This document shows, piece by piece, positions 60,299 through 64,000 of a DNA stretch of 64,000 nucleotides (position 1 is the first letter of the stretch; every line of letters starts with the position of its first letter). The stretch is from assembly GCF_964213995.1 (NCBI RefSeq), contig NC_135804.1, forward strand, positions 143,344,001 through 143,408,000. Direction: 5' to 3'. Both the position numbers and the translations under genes were made by a program. The stretch comes from Mustelus asterias (taxonomy: Eukaryota). Under the pieces are notes generated by a model, which was given only the letters and a program-made list of their open reading frames with translations, was not told the DNA's origin and made no database searches.

Positions 60299-61138
60299 GT
60301 AAGAGTTTTAACAACACCAGGTTAAAGTCCAACAGGTTTATTTGGTAGCAAATACCATTAACTTTCGGAGCGCTGCTCCTTCGTCAGATGGAGTGAAATG
60401 TGCTCTCAAACAGTGCATAGAGACACAAAATCAAGTTACAGAATACTGATTAGAATGCGAATCCCTACAGCCAACCAGAGCTTAAAGATACAGACAATGT
60501 GGGTGGAGGGAGCATTAAGCACAGGTTAAAGAGATGTGTATTGTCTCCAGACAGGATAGTCCGCAAGTCCAGGAGGCAAGCTGTGGGGGTTACTGATAAT
60601 GTGACATAAATCCAACATCCTGGTTTAGGCCGTCCTCATGTGTGCGGAACTTGGCTATCAGTTTCTGCTCAGTGACTCTGCGCTGTCGTGTGTCATGAAG
60701 GCCGTCTTGGAGAACGCTTACCTGAAGATCAGAGGCTGAATGCCCGTGACCGCTGAAGTGCTCCCCCACAGGAAGAGAACAGTCTTGCCTGGTGATTGTC
60801 GAGTGGTATTCATTCATCCATTGTCGTAGCGTCTGCATGGTTTCCCCAATGTACCATGCCTCGGGACATCCTTTCCTGCTGCATATCAGGTAGACAACGT
60901 TGGCCGAGTTGCCAAGAGTATGTACCGTGTACCTGGTGGATGGTGTTCTCACGTGAGATGATGGCATCCGTGTCGATGATCCGCCACGTCTTGCAGAGGT
61001 TGCTATGGCAGGGTTGTGTGGTGTCGTGGTCACTGTTCTCCTGAAGGCTGGGTAGTTTGCTGCGGACAATGGTCTGTTTGAGGTTGCGCGGTTGTTTGAA
61101 GGCAAGAAGAGGGGGTGTGGGGATAGCCTTGGCCTTGG
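60299..61138 (-). mobile_element. 5'-truncated Penelope-like element (Neptune-type) with frameshifted GIY-YIG endonuclease (60590-61130) and pLTR hammerhead (60355-60391)
   Basis: AFKQPRNLKQTIVRSKL..PCHSNLCKT (Cys-rich linker), NVVYLIC..CPEAWYIGET..LRQWMNEY..PVGEHF..EQKLI...GLN; TSD ggagttg(g/c)aaaca at 60286-60298 and 61139-61151. Confidence 0.92.
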
Positions 61139-61289
61139 GGAGTTGCAAACACAGCCTCCTGTGTGATTCTTTGGGTCCAGCTGCCCACTCCAGTGGGCTC
61201 CACTAAACTCTACCTCTGAATTTCTAATGCAGAAAATTAAAAATCCTTCTTGCTGCAAATTGCTTCCTTTGTGTGCAACCTGGTGTCCC

Positions 61290-61843
61290 CATGCTGACAG
61301 TACAGTTAAGAAAGCCCACCAATGCCTCTACTTTCTCAGAAGGCTAAGGACATTTGGCGTGTCAGCTATGACTCTCAGCAACTTTTACAGAAGCACCATA
61401 GAAAGCATTCTTTCTGGTTGTACCACAGCTTGGTATGGCTCCTGCTTTGCCCAAGACCGTGAGAAACTACAAAAGGTTGTGAACGTAGCCCAATCCATCA
61501 CGCAAACCAGCCTCCCATCCATTGACTCTGTCAACACTTTCTGCTGCCTCGGCAAAGCAGCCACCATAATCAAAGACCCCATACACCCCGCGCATACTCT
61601 CTTCCACCTTCTTCCATCGGGAAAAAGTAAGTCTGAGATCACATACCAACTGATTCAAGTACAGCTTCTTCCCTGCTGGCATCAGACTTTTGAATGGACC
61701 TACCTTGCATTAAGCTGATCTTTCTCTCCATTATGACGGTAACACTACATTCTGCACTCTCTCATTTCCTTCTCTATGAATGGTATACTTTGTAGAGCAC
61801 AAGAAACAATACATGTGACAATAATAAATCAAACCAAATCAAA
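61290..61843 (+). mobile_element. Rex1/Babar LINE 3' fragment
   Basis: VKKAHQCLYFLRRLRTFGVSAMTLSNFYRSTIESILSGCTTAWYG...IIKDPIHPAHTLFHLLPSGK; tail aataaatcaaaccaaatcaaatc. Confidence 0.9.
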
Positions 61844-61944
61844 TCTTCACCTCCACTCTGCATTTGGCAGCAAGACATTCAGCTGCTTTGATCTAGCTGA
61901 ACAGAATTCCAGCCCAAACCCATTGATATGTTATTGGTACCCAC

Positions 61945-62300
61945 TTTTTTTTTATTCATCCATGGGACATGGGTGTCACTGGTTGACCAGCATTTATTGC
62001 CCATCCCTAGTTGCCTTTGGAAGGCAGTTGAGAGTCAACCACATTGCTGTGGCTCTGGAGTCACATGTAGGCCAGACCGGGTAAAGACGGCAGATTTCCT
62101 TCCCTCAAAGACATCAGTGAACCTGATGTCGATTGTTGGAAAAATCCATGGTCATCAGCAGATTCTTAATTCCAGATATTTTTCTTTGAACTCAAATTCC
62201 ACAATCTGCCCTGGGTGGGATTCGAACCCGGGTCCCCAGAACATCAGCTGAGTTTCTGGATTAATAGTCTAGTGATAATACCACTGGGCCATTGCCTCCC
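61945..62300 (-). mobile_element. SINE family C
   Basis: Full reverse-complement copy ending gccattgcctcccc. Confidence 0.88.
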
Positions 62301-63196
62301 CTCCAAAGAAGCTTCTCAAAACATAGCTTTCCAACCAAGCCTTCGTTCACTCTCCAATCCCTCCTATTACCTTTGCTTTTTCTACTCTGTCAGAGCACCC
62401 GATTATGTTCCCCTGTGTCAAAGATGCAATGTCAGTGTGAGTTATTGTTAGTTATCCATTCTTGGCATGGTGAATGGTACAGGGAGGAGAAATCATTAAA
62501 GAAAGAAGTAGGACAAAAAAGAAAGCAAATTAATCTTCTTTTGTAGACAGTCGACTATTCTAGAATATATTCTCTCTCTCTCTGCAGTCAGAGGGTTACA
62601 ATATCAGCAAGAAATAAAGTGGAGGCTGTTCCCTATAGAGAAGGAAGAAAAATAATCAGTTGACTGGTTTATGCACTTCCTAACACACACATTACAGACT
62701 CCAGGTGTGTGGTTAGCCACTCAGCTGCCAAACAGTGAAGGATTAAGATGACTGAAAGAGAAAAGAATCAACTGACATTAGCAACATTATCTGCAATCCC
62801 CTACCAACCTTGGCATTGAAACCAATGTCGATTTGCAACCCAACTTGAAGCTGCTTGATAATGAATGATTGGTAGGTGTCTTTGTATCAAGGCATGACTG
62901 ACGGATCATGTGGGCACAATGTCATCCCTCCCACTGCTCACATCGTTGGTGGCAAGATGTTGACTTTCTGTAAAATCGCCCTTATTATTTTCTTCCCAAT
63001 GTGGGATGGATGTTTTGTTCGCCGAGATTAAGGCTCAGAATATAGTCACGCAACAGAAAGATGCACATGTGTCAGAGATCAGTCAGTTTTAAGAGGCAGA
63101 TTAAAGCGACATGCTGAATGAAACTCTCCCAATCTCTGAAGTTGGCGAGTTTGCTGCATTACTGCACCATAGTTCGAAGTTGAGATCCTTATAAGA

Positions 63197-63555
63197 TTTT
63201 TTTTATTCATTCGTGGGACGTGGGCATTGCTGGCTGGCCAGCATTTATTGCCCATTCCCAGTTGCCTGAGGGCAGTTGAGAGTGAACTACATTGCTGTGG
63301 GTCTAGAGTCACATGTAGGCCTGATTAGGTAGTGATGGCCGATTTCCCTCCCTAAAGGACATCAGTGAACCGGATGAGTTTTTCCAACAATCAACAATGG
63401 TTTCACGGTCATCAGTAGATTCTTAATTCCAGATATTTTTATTGAATTCACATTCCATCATTGCCGTGGCAGGATTCGGACCCTAATCCCCAGAACATTA
63501 GCTGAGATTCTGGATTAATAGTCGAGCGATAATACCACAAGGCCATCACCTCTCC
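63197..63555 (-). mobile_element. SINE family C
   Basis: Full reverse-complement copy. Confidence 0.88.
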
Positions 63556-63919
63556 AATGCTGAATGAAGGCACGTCATCTGGAGTAGCACAATTTGCCAA
63601 CTATCGTTACAGGCCAGTTATTCGTGGGTTCCATTCCTGTTTTTTATTCGGTGATTCCTGCTGGAAAATGTATTTTGGAGTTATTGGTACAACATAGCAT
63701 GGGATTGTGGGAGTTTGCAGTAACGCCCCATCCAGTCCGAAATCTTGTAAACTCGAATCCTGAATCGCAACTGAAGGAATAGCCAGATGAGTGAGGTACC
63801 ACGGTGACTGTCATTCATCACATTGCACCGTGATTCAGAGCAGAGAGAGCAAAAATAAATGAATAACCTGTTCAATCAACACCTGTAAGGTGGCAAAACA
63901 CATTGTGAAGATTGGAAAT

Positions 63920-63992
63920 ACGAAATAAGAACAAAAAAAGCCTGGAAAACTCAGCAGGCCTTGCAGCATCTGTGGAGGGAAACAGAGTTAAG
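63920..63992 (-). mobile_element. Family-2 pLTR fragment
   Basis: ctggaaaactcagcaggccttgcagcatctgtggagggaaacagagttaa. Confidence 0.55.
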
Positions 63993-64000
63993 GGCAATAT

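Noticed and set aside
61227-61718. 163-aa ORF that might be annotated as a host gene
   Set aside because: Rex1/Babar ORF2 C-terminus, multi-copy within this window and followed by the LINE 3' tail.

Overview
Repeat-dense, apparently intronic/intergenic vertebrate DNA whose repeat content (HE1/V-SINEs, HER1-like CR1 LINEs, Deu-domain SINEs, Rex1/Babar LINEs) points to a cartilaginous fish (shark). I recognise no intact host protein-coding gene. All long ORFs are decayed retrotransposon ORF2 fragments, SINE read-throughs or translations of a 28/30-bp minisatellite (~53.7-56.5 kb). The most interesting signal is a set of about 12 Penelope-like element (PLE, Neptune-type GIY-YIG) insertions from two families. 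Their pseudo-LTRs (pLTRs) carry minimal type-I hammerhead ribozymes whose stems covary between copies. Four insertions are tiny palindromes (head-to-head pLTRs, only one arm with the 3' tail) inside ~12-bp TSDs. One of them (24062-24497) has captured a 186-bp inverted copy of its own upstream flank, and several 5' junctions show reiterated short copies of target or element sequence. Also present: V-SINEs with two alternative LINE-derived tails, Harbinger-type MITEs plus a decayed Myb/SANT-like ORF, a hAT-type element, a solo LTR, three tRNA pseudogenes, and a few low-confidence candidate host promoter/exon signals. Boundaries of old repeats are approximate and family names come from recognition, not from a database search.
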